Assembly: GCA_023261845.1 (NCBI GenBank)
Contig: JALNJZ010000007.1
Coordinates: forward strand, 1 to 62,009
DNA length: 62,009 bases
Direction: 5' to 3'
Source of the DNA: Candidatus Terraquivivens tengchongensis
GTDB lineage: Archaea; Thermoproteota; Nitrososphaeria_A; Caldarchaeales; Wolframiiraptoraceae
Shown: piece by piece, positions 1 through 10,070 of the stretch
How the letters are laid out: every line of letters begins with the position of its first letter
Position numbering within the stretch: position 1 is the first letter of the stretch
Notes under the pieces: generated by a model
What the model saw: only the letters and a program-made list of their open reading frames with translations
Databases searched by the model: none
What the model was told of the DNA's origin: nothing
Translations under genes and position numbers: made by a program

Positions 1-104
1 GGTTTTTTTACGTATATCTTCGTGAGCTTTCCGGCAATCTTCATAGCACCAGGTCCCATGACGAACCTTCTCGGGAATATCATCATCTTCATACCTGGCA
101 ACAT
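1..104 (-). CDS. 5' fragment of a glycerol dehydrogenase / iron-containing alcohol dehydrogenase family protein (runs off the window)
   Basis: Manual translation from ATG at 104 gives MLPGMKMMIFPRRFVMGPGAMKIAGKLTKIYVKK, matching the P-xx-hh-x-G-x-G-A N-terminal pattern of GldA/Fe-ADH enzymes. Confidence 0.55.
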   Translation of the reverse strand, partial: MLPGMKMMIFPRRFVMGPGAMKIAGKLTKIYVKK

Positions 105-195
105 TTTTACATCACGAAATTACGGTTAAGACCAATTAGGTAAATAAAATTTTCGGACATGAAAACACTAATATTGTCCAAAAAGCAGGTTATTA

Positions 196-1575
196 TTGAT
201 GAACCTAAAGGTTGCCCAAACGCTTAGGAAAATAGTTGGCGAGGACAACGTTCTTGAGTTATTAGAAGACATACTTCCTTATACGCTAGATGCCTCAATA
301 ATTTACAGAGGTGTGCCGACATGCGTTGTCAGACCACACTCGACAGAGGAGATTTCAGAAATAGTAAAGTTTGCTAACGAACAGAGGATACCCGTAATAC
401 CCAGGGGTGCAGGAACGAACTTCGTAGGCGCAGTTGTCCCCTCGAATGGCGGTATAGTCATAGACCTCACCGGTATGAACAGGATAATTGAAATCAACCC
501 GGCAAACCTGACGTGCACCGTCGAGGCAGGTGTGGTGCATGCTAAACTGGAGAGTGAGCTTGCAAAATATGGCCTTTACTGGCCACCCGACCCAGGTAGT
601 AGCGATGCTTGCACTATGGGCGGCGTCATAGCGATGAACGCCGGCGGCATGAGGGCGCTAAAGTATGGTACAACTCGGGACTGGGTGCTTAGCCTTAAGG
701 TTGTATTGCCCAACGGTGAGGTTATAAAGACTGGAAGCAAGACGTTTAAAGGTAATGCTGGTTACGACCTCACAAGACTATTCGTTGGTTCTGAAGGAAC
801 ACTCGGGATAATAACTGAGGCCACGCTTAAGCTCAGACCTATCCCTGAGGCTGAAAACAGAATATCCGCTTACTTTGACAGCATAGAAAAAGCAGGAGCG
901 GCTGTATCAAAAATATACATGGCGGGTATAGTCCCGGCTGCTATGGAGCTAATGGATAGGGGCATAATAACCGCGGTTAGTAAGTGGCTTGGTAAAAAAT
1001 TCCCTGACATGGATGCGTACTTAATCGTAAGCGTTGACGGCTTGCGAAGCGAAGTTGAAACGCTGTCAAATAAGGTAGAGCAAGTTCTGAAAGAATCTGG
1101 TGCCTCACAGGTGTTAAGGGCAACTACAAAAGAAGAATTCGATGAAATATGGTTGATCAGGAGCGAAGGTGCTACAGCATTGCCGAACATAACTGGTAAG
1201 ATGAACGTCACACATGACGTATGCGTACCTATAAACAAACTACCGGAGGCGTTTAAGACAATCAGAGAGATCTGCAATAAGTATGGCATACCTGTGGCTA
1301 TAGTATCACACGCAGGTGACGGGAATGTACATGCTATCTTCTCCGTGAATCTACAAGATCCAGAAGAAAGTGCAAGGGCAAAGAAGGCCCATGATGAGAT
1401 GTGCAGATACATAATCAAAATCGGTGGAACGATATCGGGTGAACATGGTATAGGTATAGACAAGGCGGAGCTATTAGTGGAGGAAGTTGGACCCGTTGCG
1501 ATGGAACTCATGAGAGCTATAAAGAGAGTGTTCGATCCAAACAATATAATGAACCCAGGCAAGATGGGATTATAG
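196..1575 (+). CDS. FAD-linked oxidase, GlcD / D-2-hydroxyacid dehydrogenase family
   Basis: PRGAGT, PDPGS, GSEGTLG, HAGDGNVH, SGEHGIG and C-terminal DPNNIMNPGK motifs; ATG at 199. Confidence 0.9.
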   Translation: MMNLKVAQTLRKIVGEDNVLELLEDILPYTLDASIIYRGVPTCVVRPHSTEEISEIVKFANEQRIPVIPRGAGTNFVGAVVPSNGGIVIDLTGMNRIIEINPANLTCTVEAGVVHAKLESELAKYGLYWPPDPGSSDACTMGGVIAMNAGGMRALKYGTTRDWVLSLKVVLPNGEVIKTGSKTFKGNAGYDLTRLFVGSEGTLGIITEATLKLRPIPEAENRISAYFDSIEKAGAAVSKIYMAGIVPAAMELMDRGIITAVSKWLGKKFPDMDAYLIVSVDGLRSEVETLSNKVEQVLKESGASQVLRATTKEEFDEIWLIRSEGATALPNITGKMNVTHDVCVPINKLPEAFKTIREICNKYGIPVAIVSHAGDGNVHAIFSVNLQDPEESARAKKAHDEMCRYIIKIGGTISGEHGIGIDKAELLVEEVGPVAMELMRAIKRVFDPNNIMNPGKMGL

Positions 1576-1577
1576 AC

Positions 1578-2857
1578 ATGAAAGACAAAAACTTTAACAC
1601 TTTAATAAAAAAGTTACAGTTTTGCGAACACTGTGGTTTCTGCCGTTCCGTCTGCCCTTTTTGGAAGCCTCTAATATGGAAGAGTCTGTCGGTCCGAGGG
1701 GCAGGAAGACGCTCTTCTTATCGTTGTTTGAGAACAAGGTACAACCAACGCCCAGACTAGCCCAAAAATTCTACATGTGTGGTGTCTGCAGAGCATGCGC
1801 GGTAAAATGCCCACAAGGTATCGACATCTCAGAGGTATCAGTTCATGCCAGGCACAAGATCATAAAAGCAAGCGCGCTTAATCCATTCATGAAGAAAGTT
1901 GCAGACAGTTTGGTTAAAGAGGTTAAGAATGGCGATATATTTGGCGCGGCTGCTACAAAAGCAAAGTGGGCGGAAAACATTAACATGTCCAACAATTCAG
2001 ATACTGTTTTCTTCGCTAGCTGTATGGATACGTCGATGGCTTATGGCGAACTTCTAGTAGGTGTTCTCGAGAAATTTGGGTGGGCCGAAAATACTCTGAT
2101 GTCCTTAAGCGGACTTGCCCAAAAACCTGGTATTAACATGTTATTTGATAAGTTTCTTGCAAGAAAGAGCGATTTCTATAGAAAAAGCCTGGTTAATACA
2201 GTAAAGCTGTTAAATAAACTAAACGTAAGGTTCTCATACTTAGGAAGCGAGGAGCCATGTTGCGGTGCAGCCCTCCACACTTACGGCTTACTTGACGAAT
2301 TCGCGGAACATGCAAAAAACGTCTACAAAATATTCAAAGAAAAAGATGTTAGAAGATTAATAGTTCATAATCCGATATGTGGTGGTGTTTTCAAAGCCGA
2401 ATATCCATCCTATGTTGATGGTTGGGACATCGAAGTCAAACACGTGATAGAGGTTGTTGCCGAGGCTATAGAAAACAATGGTATAAACCTTCGGCTTCCT
2501 GAACCTGCTAAGGTCGTCTTTCATGACCCGTGCTATCTTGCAAGGTTCATGGATGTGGTAAATGAACCAAGGGTTGTGCTAAAGGCAATAGAAAACCTAG
2601 AGCTTATAGAGCCCCCAAACAGTAAACGCGAGACAAAGTGTTGCGGAGGAGGTGGTGTTGAGTTGATTTATAGAGATGTTGCAACCAGAGCGGCGGTAAA
2701 CCGTGTGTCTGAACTTAACGCAGGAAATCCAGATATAATATCCTCGTGCTGTCCCGTTTGTGCCCTTATGATAAAGAAAGGCATAAAGAACCTTAAACTT
2801 AACGTCAAGTACATAGATATCGTAGACCTTGTAACAGATTCGTTAAGCATGACTTAG
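1578..2857 (+). CDS. GlcF/HdrD-like Fe-S oxidoreductase (two 4Fe-4S motifs plus CCG domains), split by a -1 frameshift near 1655-1662
   Basis: First motif CEHCGFCRSVCP is in ORF 1578-1760. GPRGR, CGVCRACAVKCP, CCGA, HDPCYL and CCGGGG are in ORF 1622-2857. It directly follows the GlcD-like gene. Confidence 0.85.
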
Positions 2858-2865
2858 TAATTTGT

Positions 2866-3924
2866 TTAAAAAAGCTTAAATTTTTTACCCAACCCTCTCT
2901 CTTTTGCCATTTTGTAAACTACGTTGGCAACCACTATGTCTTCGCATCCAAGCCCCGTTAATACGCACAGTATCTTCTCATCATCCGAGACTCTGCCTTT
3001 CTTTCTTTTAGTCAATATCTCGCCCAATTCTGCATATATGTCCCCATTCGATATGAGCCCTTTCGCAAACCAATCAGCCAACGCACCTTCTGATTTTGTC
3101 TGTTCTCGAGTGTCAACTACTATTTTATCAAACCATTTCATGAGCTTTTCTCCTAATTCATTATATGTACCGAGCGAGCATATTAAATTAGCCGTATCAA
3201 GGGGGAGCTCTCCATCTAAAACGGGTACGCGAGATGAAGTTACCGTAACGATTAAGTCCGTCCCCTCAACTGCTTCCTTAACGCTTTTACATGGGGTTAT
3301 TTTCACATGAGGCATCTGGTTGGTATTTTTGAGGAATGACTCCATAGCATCCCCATCTATGTCAAATATTTTGACTTCGTCTAGCTTTATGACCTCATTT
3401 ATGGCCATTAGTTGGAATTTAGCCTCATACCCCGTCCCGATTATTGAAAGACTCTTAGAACCCTTTCTAGCTAGCTCCCTTACAGCTAAACCAGTGGCGG
3501 CACCAGTTCTCATAGCGGTCAGCCAGTTTGCGGATATTATAGCTAACGGTACGAAGCTTTCTGGATCGTTTAAAATGATAATTCCAATAACATTTGGTAG
3601 ACCTCTTTTGTTTCTGTTTTCCCAATTAGCGCCTATCCATTTTACGCCACACATGTCAATGTATTTAACATAAGCTGGCATGGCGTCTGCATCGCATTGG
3701 TGTCCACTAATCAGCCGCATATCCAAGAAGACCTTAGGTGGAGAAAGTACTTGTCCGTTGACGCGGGCTTTTAATACTTCTTCAACAAGACTCATACATT
3801 GTGACATTGTCAAGCCGATCGAGATGACGTCTTCCTCGGAAAGTAGCAGTACCTCAACTTCATTGCGCAATGAACCCCACCATTCTAGTCTGGCCTCAAC
3901 TAGAGTTGCTAAAATATTAACCAT
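2866..3924 (-). CDS. Ornithine cyclodeaminase / mu-crystallin family (archaeal alanine dehydrogenase-like)
   Basis: AMPAY, GVKW, LTAMRTGA, GTGYEA and TGLGCEDI motifs. Confidence 0.85.
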   Translation of the reverse strand: MVNILATLVEARLEWWGSLRNEVEVLLLSEEDVISIGLTMSQCMSLVEEVLKARVNGQVLSPPKVFLDMRLISGHQCDADAMPAYVKYIDMCGVKWIGANWENRNKRGLPNVIGIIILNDPESFVPLAIISANWLTAMRTGAATGLAVRELARKGSKSLSIIGTGYEAKFQLMAINEVIKLDEVKIFDIDGDAMESFLKNTNQMPHVKITPCKSVKEAVEGTDLIVTVTSSRVPVLDGELPLDTANLICSLGTYNELGEKLMKWFDKIVVDTREQTKSEGALADWFAKGLISNGDIYAELGEILTKRKKGRVSDDEKILCVLTGLGCEDIVVANVVYKMAKERGLGKKFKLF

Positions 3925-3945
3925 TAGTTAATTTTTACGAGGTAT

Positions 3946-4968
3946 CTATCTTATTTTTCCATACTTCTCAACCAACTTCGTAAGATCGCTTAACTTTTCA
4001 ATAGGGGTTGCTATCCATAAGTCGCAACCTGGTGAAACAAAATCCACACCTTCGTTAATAACCTCAAGCACCCTCTCCTCCATCCTTTGATTATCTGCTA
4101 AGTATATATCCCAAAATGGTGACAGATTGCCAGCGACTGGGATTTTTTTGTTTGCCTCACTCAATGCTTTCGTCACAGACTTTACTGGAGTCTTATAGTC
4201 AAACACAATGGCTGAGGGGTTGCAGCTGATTATCTTGTCCAAAACTTGGATTATGTTTCCGCATATGTTTATAACAGTCGGCAATCTAGTCTCTTCGATT
4301 AACGCCTTATGGTATGACAAGACGAGCGAATCAAAAAAGCCCGGATTTAGGACATCTGGTGAGCCTTTTGGGTCATGAAGCGTTATTATATCAGCACCCC
4401 ATTCTTCATAAAGATTAACCAATTCACGGTGAAGTCTAAAGGTTTCTTCTAGCATGCCTTTGACAGCGCCAGGAAATCTTCTCATCATTAGGTTTGTAGC
4501 TGAAGGGCCCAGAAGATATGTTGCAACCGTTGTCATGGGTGGGCTTACAATCACGTTAATAGGCACTTTACCTCCATACTCTTCCTTAAGCTTCTTAATG
4601 GCCTTTTGGATAACCGGCATCCTTCCTTTGTCTACCAAAGAATGTGGCACTACTATTTCGAAATACTGTTCTTCCGGCAAGAAGCTTACAGGTGTAGGTG
4701 AACCATCAACACGGTGGTTGAATTCTATACCCAACAGCTCCGCCTCAATTGATTGATCGAATGGAAGACTTATATTATCAAGACCGCAGTGTTTATGAGC
4801 TGCAGACGCTATACTAGCCATCTTCTCCGGATCTCTATAAATATCAACCCAATTTGTGTTATATACGACCAAAAATTCCTTTGTTATAACGCTGGCAAAG
4901 TTTACGCAAGGAATCCTGTCTGGTGAACCTCTCTTAAATGTCTCCATTACTCTATCATATGGTAGCAT
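3946..4968 (-). CDS. UroD / MtaA-CmuA family methyltransferase-like protein
   Basis: PDRIP, PFDQSIEAELLG, ICGN, AGNL and SPGCD motifs. Confidence 0.75.
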   Translation of the reverse strand: MLPYDRVMETFKRGSPDRIPCVNFASVITKEFLVVYNTNWVDIYRDPEKMASIASAAHKHCGLDNISLPFDQSIEAELLGIEFNHRVDGSPTPVSFLPEEQYFEIVVPHSLVDKGRMPVIQKAIKKLKEEYGGKVPINVIVSPPMTTVATYLLGPSATNLMMRRFPGAVKGMLEETFRLHRELVNLYEEWGADIITLHDPKGSPDVLNPGFFDSLVLSYHKALIEETRLPTVINICGNIIQVLDKIISCNPSAIVFDYKTPVKSVTKALSEANKKIPVAGNLSPFWDIYLADNQRMEERVLEVINEGVDFVSPGCDLWIATPIEKLSDLTKLVEKYGKIR

Positions 4969-4984
4969 GCTATAAACTCCCTTA

Positions 4985-5020
4985 GAAAATATAGAAAAAT
5001 AAAAAAAAGATAAAAAGATT
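4985..5020 (-). terminator. T-rich archaeal terminator-like tract after the Zn-ADH gene
   Basis: Long A runs on the + strand (oligo-U in the transcript) just 3' of the stop at 5024. Confidence 0.4.
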
Positions 5021-5023
5021 GTT

Positions 5024-6214
5024 TTACTCCTTCCACGGATCTATTACGTGCTTTATGCCAACGCCTGCAAGCAAAGACTTAATGCCATCGGTTATGTCTT
5101 CAGCTAAGAGTCTGCGCCTATGAGTGATTATTTCATAGTATGGCTTTTTATCGAAAAGTCCTTTGTTGACTTGCTTGATGGCCTTATCACAAGTCGATAA
5201 CGGATATGCCCAGCTTCCTACGAAGAAAAGTTCTCTGGCACAGATCTCGTGGGGGTCTATAGTGAACTTGCCGGCCGTGAATGCCGTGAACGCACCAACT
5301 TCGTCAAGTACACCCATGGGTCTTAGAATTTCGATAGCCTCTGGAATTACTACGTCAGCATTCTTCCCAGTGCAGTTTATTACAGCATCTACACCCCATC
5401 TGTCACCGAGTCTGGGTCTATCCATGCTTGTCGCAATCTCCTTGACGAACTTTATCCTCTCCTCTTTCGTAGTTTCTTTGACGTTAAGGACATAATCAGC
5501 ACCTAACTTCTTAGCCATTTCCAGCCTGTGCTTATTGGGGTCAACTACAATCGCGATAGAGTTTGGAGCCGAGGTCTTAAGGGCAGTAAGTGCTGCGTTT
5601 CCAATGGCGCCTGCACCATATATCACAAACAGGTCGGCATCAGGGTTAGCCTCTTTCTCGGAGATAGACAACAACGTCAGCACTTTGTCGACAGCCCTCA
5701 GACCTACGATATAAGGTTCTACGACGACACCTTTTTCTGGTGTTATGTGCTCTGCAAGTTTCCAAATATGGGTACCCGGCTCGATGATGACATAACGACT
5801 CCATGCACCGTGGAACGGAACTTCGTCAAATCCATAGAAGAATGCACCGAGACACCACTGCTGCCACCCATACATCGTCTCCCAGTCACACACGTAACAG
5901 TAGTGGTCCACGCCCCACCAGATTCTGTCGCCCTCTTGCGGCACCTCAGTGTGGTAAAACATTTTCTTGTCGGCTTCTTTGCCCTTCTTCTCTACCACGC
6001 CTACATACTCGTGTCCAAGGTATAGTGGATAACCTACCTTACCGGATATCCTATGCGGTCCGAAGCCTTTCTCGAAAACGTGGGCGTCCGTTCCGCAGAT
6101 GCCAGTTAGCTCAACCCTGACAAGTATCTGGTCGTCCTTGAGTGTTGGCATAGAATGTTCAAGAATTTCAACCTTACCTGGCCATGTTCCAGCCATCTTA
6201 ACTTTTTCTGGCAT
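5024..6214 (-). CDS. Zinc-dependent alcohol dehydrogenase (MDR superfamily)
   Basis: GICGTDAH, LGHEYVG and GAGAIG Rossmann motif. Confidence 0.9.
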   Translation of the reverse strand: MPEKVKMAGTWPGKVEILEHSMPTLKDDQILVRVELTGICGTDAHVFEKGFGPHRISGKVGYPLYLGHEYVGVVEKKGKEADKKMFYHTEVPQEGDRIWWGVDHYCYVCDWETMYGWQQWCLGAFFYGFDEVPFHGAWSRYVIIEPGTHIWKLAEHITPEKGVVVEPYIVGLRAVDKVLTLLSISEKEANPDADLFVIYGAGAIGNAALTALKTSAPNSIAIVVDPNKHRLEMAKKLGADYVLNVKETTKEERIKFVKEIATSMDRPRLGDRWGVDAVINCTGKNADVVIPEAIEILRPMGVLDEVGAFTAFTAGKFTIDPHEICARELFFVGSWAYPLSTCDKAIKQVNKGLFDKKPYYEIITHRRRLLAEDITDGIKSLLAGVGIKHVIDPWKE

Positions 6215-6273
6215 GAATACTCACACAATTTATTAAAAAACAGATGCTTGTATTTAACTTTTTCCAACTTCAC

Positions 6274-7530
6274 TTAGTATCGTAAACTTTCAACAACTAT
6301 CTTCTTCAAAACATCTCTTTCAGGAGTAATAGGACTTAGCGATAGAAGCCGCTTATTCATGAGTGCGGCATCAACTAAAGTGTCTATGTCCCTTTCAGTT
6401 ATACCTAATTCATGAAGCCCACTCGGGAGCCCTAAGGTTTTAATAAACTCCGACATGGCTTTATGAGCACAAGGATTTGCCCCTCCGCTCAAATAGTTTG
6501 CTATTATCGAGCACCTTTCTGGATAGAATGGTTCTAAAACCTTTAGCATGCCTGGTCCAAAAACTCCCGCTGCCACACCATGTGGCAATTTCGCGCCTTT
6601 GTCCATTACAATCGTAGAAAGAGAAAGTGCAAGAGCATGAGCCAAGTGTACGCCAGCGTTGCCAAAAGCGACGCCGGCTATAAACGCTGCAAGATGCATA
6701 TTTGACCTAGCCTCTATGTCAAGACCGTTCGCATAAGCTTTCGGGAGATACTCTCCAATCAACAGAATTGCTTTTTCAGCGAGAAAGTCGGTTATAGGCA
6801 TGGAACCTTGATACACAGGTCTAGTTGATGGGGACTGTGGTTTCTCTCTCGTGTTATATGGTTTCGCCAAGTATGCTTCTATTGCATGCATAAGCGCATC
6901 TATGCCCGTGCTGGCCGTTAGTTTTGGCGGCATGGACATGGTTAAGAGAGGATCTAGGATTGCTATCTTAGGTATCAAGCACTCATGCGTTATACCAAAC
7001 TTTGACTTTTTTTCCATGAACGTTACTACAGCCGTTCCTGTAGTTTCGCTACCGGTCCCTGAAGTTGTGGGCACTGCTATCAAGAATCTTATGGGACCTG
7101 GAATCTGTAGCCCTTTACCGATCGGCGGTGCAAAGTAGTCAGTCAGTTCGGCAGGATGTGTAGTGTAAAGATCGATTAGCTTAGCAGTGTCTATAGAACT
7201 ACCGCCGCCGATGGCCACGAAGCTGTCATATCCGCCTTTCTTGGCAAATTCTATCCCTTCCTGTATTGAAGTATCTGAAGGCTCGGGCTCAACATCATCC
7301 CAAACATCAGCCTCGATACCGTTTTGCTTAAACGATGAAACGGCGCGCTCAATATAATCTGTCTTTTTGCTTATGTAGTCGTCCGTTACGATTAGAGTCT
7401 TCTTTAGTTTTAGCTTGGAAAGGTCATAGCCCAGCTCATAAAGCGCACCAATACCGAACTTCACGTAGGGCATACGGAGCTCGAAAACAAGCTCCGTTAT
7501 GTTAAACCCATTCATCACAACTTTTCTCAT
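6274..7530 (-). CDS. Hydroxyacid-oxoacid transhydrogenase-like iron-containing ADH (HOT/ADHFE1 type)
   Basis: GGGSSID, PTTSGTGSE, DALMHAIE, GVHLAH, plus the HOT-type insertion PYNTREKPQSPSTRPVYQGS. Confidence 0.8.
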   Translation of the reverse strand: MRKVVMNGFNITELVFELRMPYVKFGIGALYELGYDLSKLKLKKTLIVTDDYISKKTDYIERAVSSFKQNGIEADVWDDVEPEPSDTSIQEGIEFAKKGGYDSFVAIGGGSSIDTAKLIDLYTTHPAELTDYFAPPIGKGLQIPGPIRFLIAVPTTSGTGSETTGTAVVTFMEKKSKFGITHECLIPKIAILDPLLTMSMPPKLTASTGIDALMHAIEAYLAKPYNTREKPQSPSTRPVYQGSMPITDFLAEKAILLIGEYLPKAYANGLDIEARSNMHLAAFIAGVAFGNAGVHLAHALALSLSTIVMDKGAKLPHGVAAGVFGPGMLKVLEPFYPERCSIIANYLSGGANPCAHKAMSEFIKTLGLPSGLHELGITERDIDTLVDAALMNKRLLSLSPITPERDVLKKIVVESLRY

Positions 7531-7585
7531 ACAAATGTCCTTTTAAGTTTTTATCGTACGTATGGGTTAGGCATAAAGTGAGCAA

Positions 7586-8881
7586 ATGGCGCTAAAGGTC
7601 TACGCAGAGGTCTATGGTTGTGCTGCTAACCAAGCTGACGGTGAAATAATTCTCGGCCTGCTAGAGGGAGCAGGCTTTAGAATAGTCAGCAATCCTGATG
7701 AAGCCGACTTAAACGTTCTCGTTACCTGTGCGATTAAAAAACCAACTTCCGACAGAATGCTCGAAAGAGCAAAGAAATTCCACGAAAGCGGAAAACCGCT
7801 CTTGATAGCAGGATGCATGGTTACAGCAGAATGGAAAGCGATAAGAAAGATAGCCCCTTCTGCTGTTTTTATTGGTCCGCGTGATATTTACAAGGTGGTT
7901 GAGGTTATCAGTAGCCGCATGAATTTGGAATGCTGTCGCACAGCTCTGAACATCAATAGCAAGTTGGGTTTGCGTAGATATAGAAGAAACAGAGTCGTAG
8001 GAATAGTGCCTGTGTCTGAAGGCTGTAGATGGGCAAGATGTACTTTCTGCATCGTCCCAATAGCAAGAGGGCCATTCTTCAGCTATCCAATGAGCGAAGT
8101 GGTGGATGAAGCCCGAAAGATGCTTGAGGATGGTTGCCGAGAAATATGGCTGACGAGTCAGGACATGGGTAGCTATGGTCTCGACTTTGGGAAGAACATG
8201 CTGCCTGACCTGATAAACGAAGTGGCGAGGCTACAGGGTACGTTCTTCATTAGGGTAGGCATGATGAATCCAATATACTTAAGCCCCATATTAGACGATT
8301 TAATCGCATCCTACCTAAATCCAAAAGTCTTCAAGTTCCTTCACCTGCCGTTGCAATCCGGCTCCGATAAGGTTCTAAGAGACATGGGCAGAGGATATAC
8401 GCCCCAGCTTTTCAAGAAAATAGTAGAGAAGTTTAAAACATTGATTCCTGAGCTTACATTGGCAACGGATATAATCGTCGGGTACCCAACAGAGAGCGAA
8501 GAGGATTTCGAGATGAGTATAAAGGTGCTCAATGAGATAAAGCCCGATATAGTCAACATATCTAAATTCTATCCTAGACCCGGAACACCTGCAAATAAAC
8601 TTCCACGACTCCCTTCAAGACTCGTTGATGAGAGAAGCAAGGTTATGACAGAAATCTGCAAGGAGTTATCAACAAAATCTAATGAAAGATGGATTGGCTG
8701 GTACGGTTTAGCCTTAGTCGATGAGGTAGGGAAATATGGTGAGATGGTATGTAGGAACGCGTCCTATAAGCCAATAGTGCTGGATACGAAACGAGATTTG
8801 CTTGGTAAGTTTGTTGAGGTTAGCGTTGTTGATGCCACTGCATATTGTCTATTTGGAAAACTCGAGAGTATTCTAAGTTAG
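7586..8881 (+). CDS. tRNA methylthiotransferase, MiaB/MtaB-like radical SAM enzyme
   Basis: UPF0004 N-terminus (YGCAANQAD, TC, AGC), Cys motif CRWARCTFC, QSGSD, DIIVGYP, C-terminal TRAM domain. Confidence 0.9.
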   Translation: MALKVYAEVYGCAANQADGEIILGLLEGAGFRIVSNPDEADLNVLVTCAIKKPTSDRMLERAKKFHESGKPLLIAGCMVTAEWKAIRKIAPSAVFIGPRDIYKVVEVISSRMNLECCRTALNINSKLGLRRYRRNRVVGIVPVSEGCRWARCTFCIVPIARGPFFSYPMSEVVDEARKMLEDGCREIWLTSQDMGSYGLDFGKNMLPDLINEVARLQGTFFIRVGMMNPIYLSPILDDLIASYLNPKVFKFLHLPLQSGSDKVLRDMGRGYTPQLFKKIVEKFKTLIPELTLATDIIVGYPTESEEDFEMSIKVLNEIKPDIVNISKFYPRPGTPANKLPRLPSRLVDERSKVMTEICKELSTKSNERWIGWYGLALVDEVGKYGEMVCRNASYKPIVLDTKRDLLGKFVEVSVVDATAYCLFGKLESILS

Positions 8882-8917
8882 GCTTAATAGTCTCGACATA
8901 ATGGTTGTTCTTAGAAC

Positions 8918-10066
8918 TTGTACGATGTTGCTTTAGTTCATTACGGCGAGATAGGAACGAAAGGTGCCAATAGACCTATCTTCGAGAATGTGCTAGTCGA
9001 AAATATAAAATGGGCATTGAAAAACAAGACGAATGATGTTTTACGTCTAAGAGGAAGGATACTAGCTAAGCTGGAGCCGGATGTAGATTCAGAAGAAATA
9101 AAGCAAGCCTTGGGAAAGGTTTTCGGAATAGCATGGTTTGCGCTAGCATACGAGAGCGAGCAGGACATCAATATAATGGTCAAAGATATTCTCAAAAGGC
9201 TTACGGAACATGGTATAAAGGCAAAAAGCTTCATGGTTCAGACGAAAAGGGCGGATAAGAGCTTTCCATACACGTCTCTTGAAGTCAACAAGATAATCGG
9301 CGCAAGAATACTCGAAAACACAGGGATGAGCGTCAACCTCGAAAATCCGGACGTCACAGTATTCATAGAACTTGCCAACGGGAAAGCTTACCTATATTTT
9401 GAAAAGGTAAAGGGACTCGGAGGTTTACCAGTTGGTGTGAGCGGAAGGGTCTTGAGTCTTCTATCAGGAGGGTTGGACTCGCCGGTTGCAGCTTGGTTGA
9501 TGATGAAAAGAGGATGTCATGTTGACTTCCTCCATCTACATGCGCTAAGGGATGCGCAGGAAGTTCGAGGATCTAAGGTGTTCGAAATCTTTAGGTATTT
9601 GTCTTCTTTTTGTAAAGACTCAAAATTATTCGTTGCGCCTTTCTACAAATTCTTAGAGAGAGCTTTGAACGTGCCTACGAAGCTTGAGCTAGTTTTGTTC
9701 AGAAAGTTTATGCTTAAGCTAGCGGAGGCTTTAGCAAAACGTGAAGGTTATTTAGGCATAGTAACAGGCGATAGCATAGGGCAGGTCGCATCCCAGACAC
9801 TTCGAAACATATGGTCCGCCCAAAGAGGGGTGGATTTACCAGTTTACAGACCTCTTTTGACCTACGATAAAGAAGAGATAATAAGGTTAGCTAAGCATAT
9901 CGGCACTTATGAGTTATCCTTGAAGGAGTACAAAGATTGCTGTTCGATAATTACTAGACATCCTGAAACGTCATCTAAACCCGAAATCGTTCAAGAAATT
10001 TGGGATAAAGTTGGGTTAGAGAATGCAGTCATGGAAACGCTTAACCTTATCGAATCGTTAGAATAA
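8918..10066 (+). CDS. thiI: tRNA 4-thiouridine sulfurtransferase
   Basis: YGEIGTKG, THUMP domain, GLGGLP, PP-loop SGGLDS, GQVASQT. Confidence 0.93.
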   Translation: MYDVALVHYGEIGTKGANRPIFENVLVENIKWALKNKTNDVLRLRGRILAKLEPDVDSEEIKQALGKVFGIAWFALAYESEQDINIMVKDILKRLTEHGIKAKSFMVQTKRADKSFPYTSLEVNKIIGARILENTGMSVNLENPDVTVFIELANGKAYLYFEKVKGLGGLPVGVSGRVLSLLSGGLDSPVAAWLMMKRGCHVDFLHLHALRDAQEVRGSKVFEIFRYLSSFCKDSKLFVAPFYKFLERALNVPTKLELVLFRKFMLKLAEALAKREGYLGIVTGDSIGQVASQTLRNIWSAQRGVDLPVYRPLLTYDKEEIIRLAKHIGTYELSLKEYKDCCSIITRHPETSSKPEIVQEIWDKVGLENAVMETLNLIESLE

Positions 10067-10070
10067 CGCT

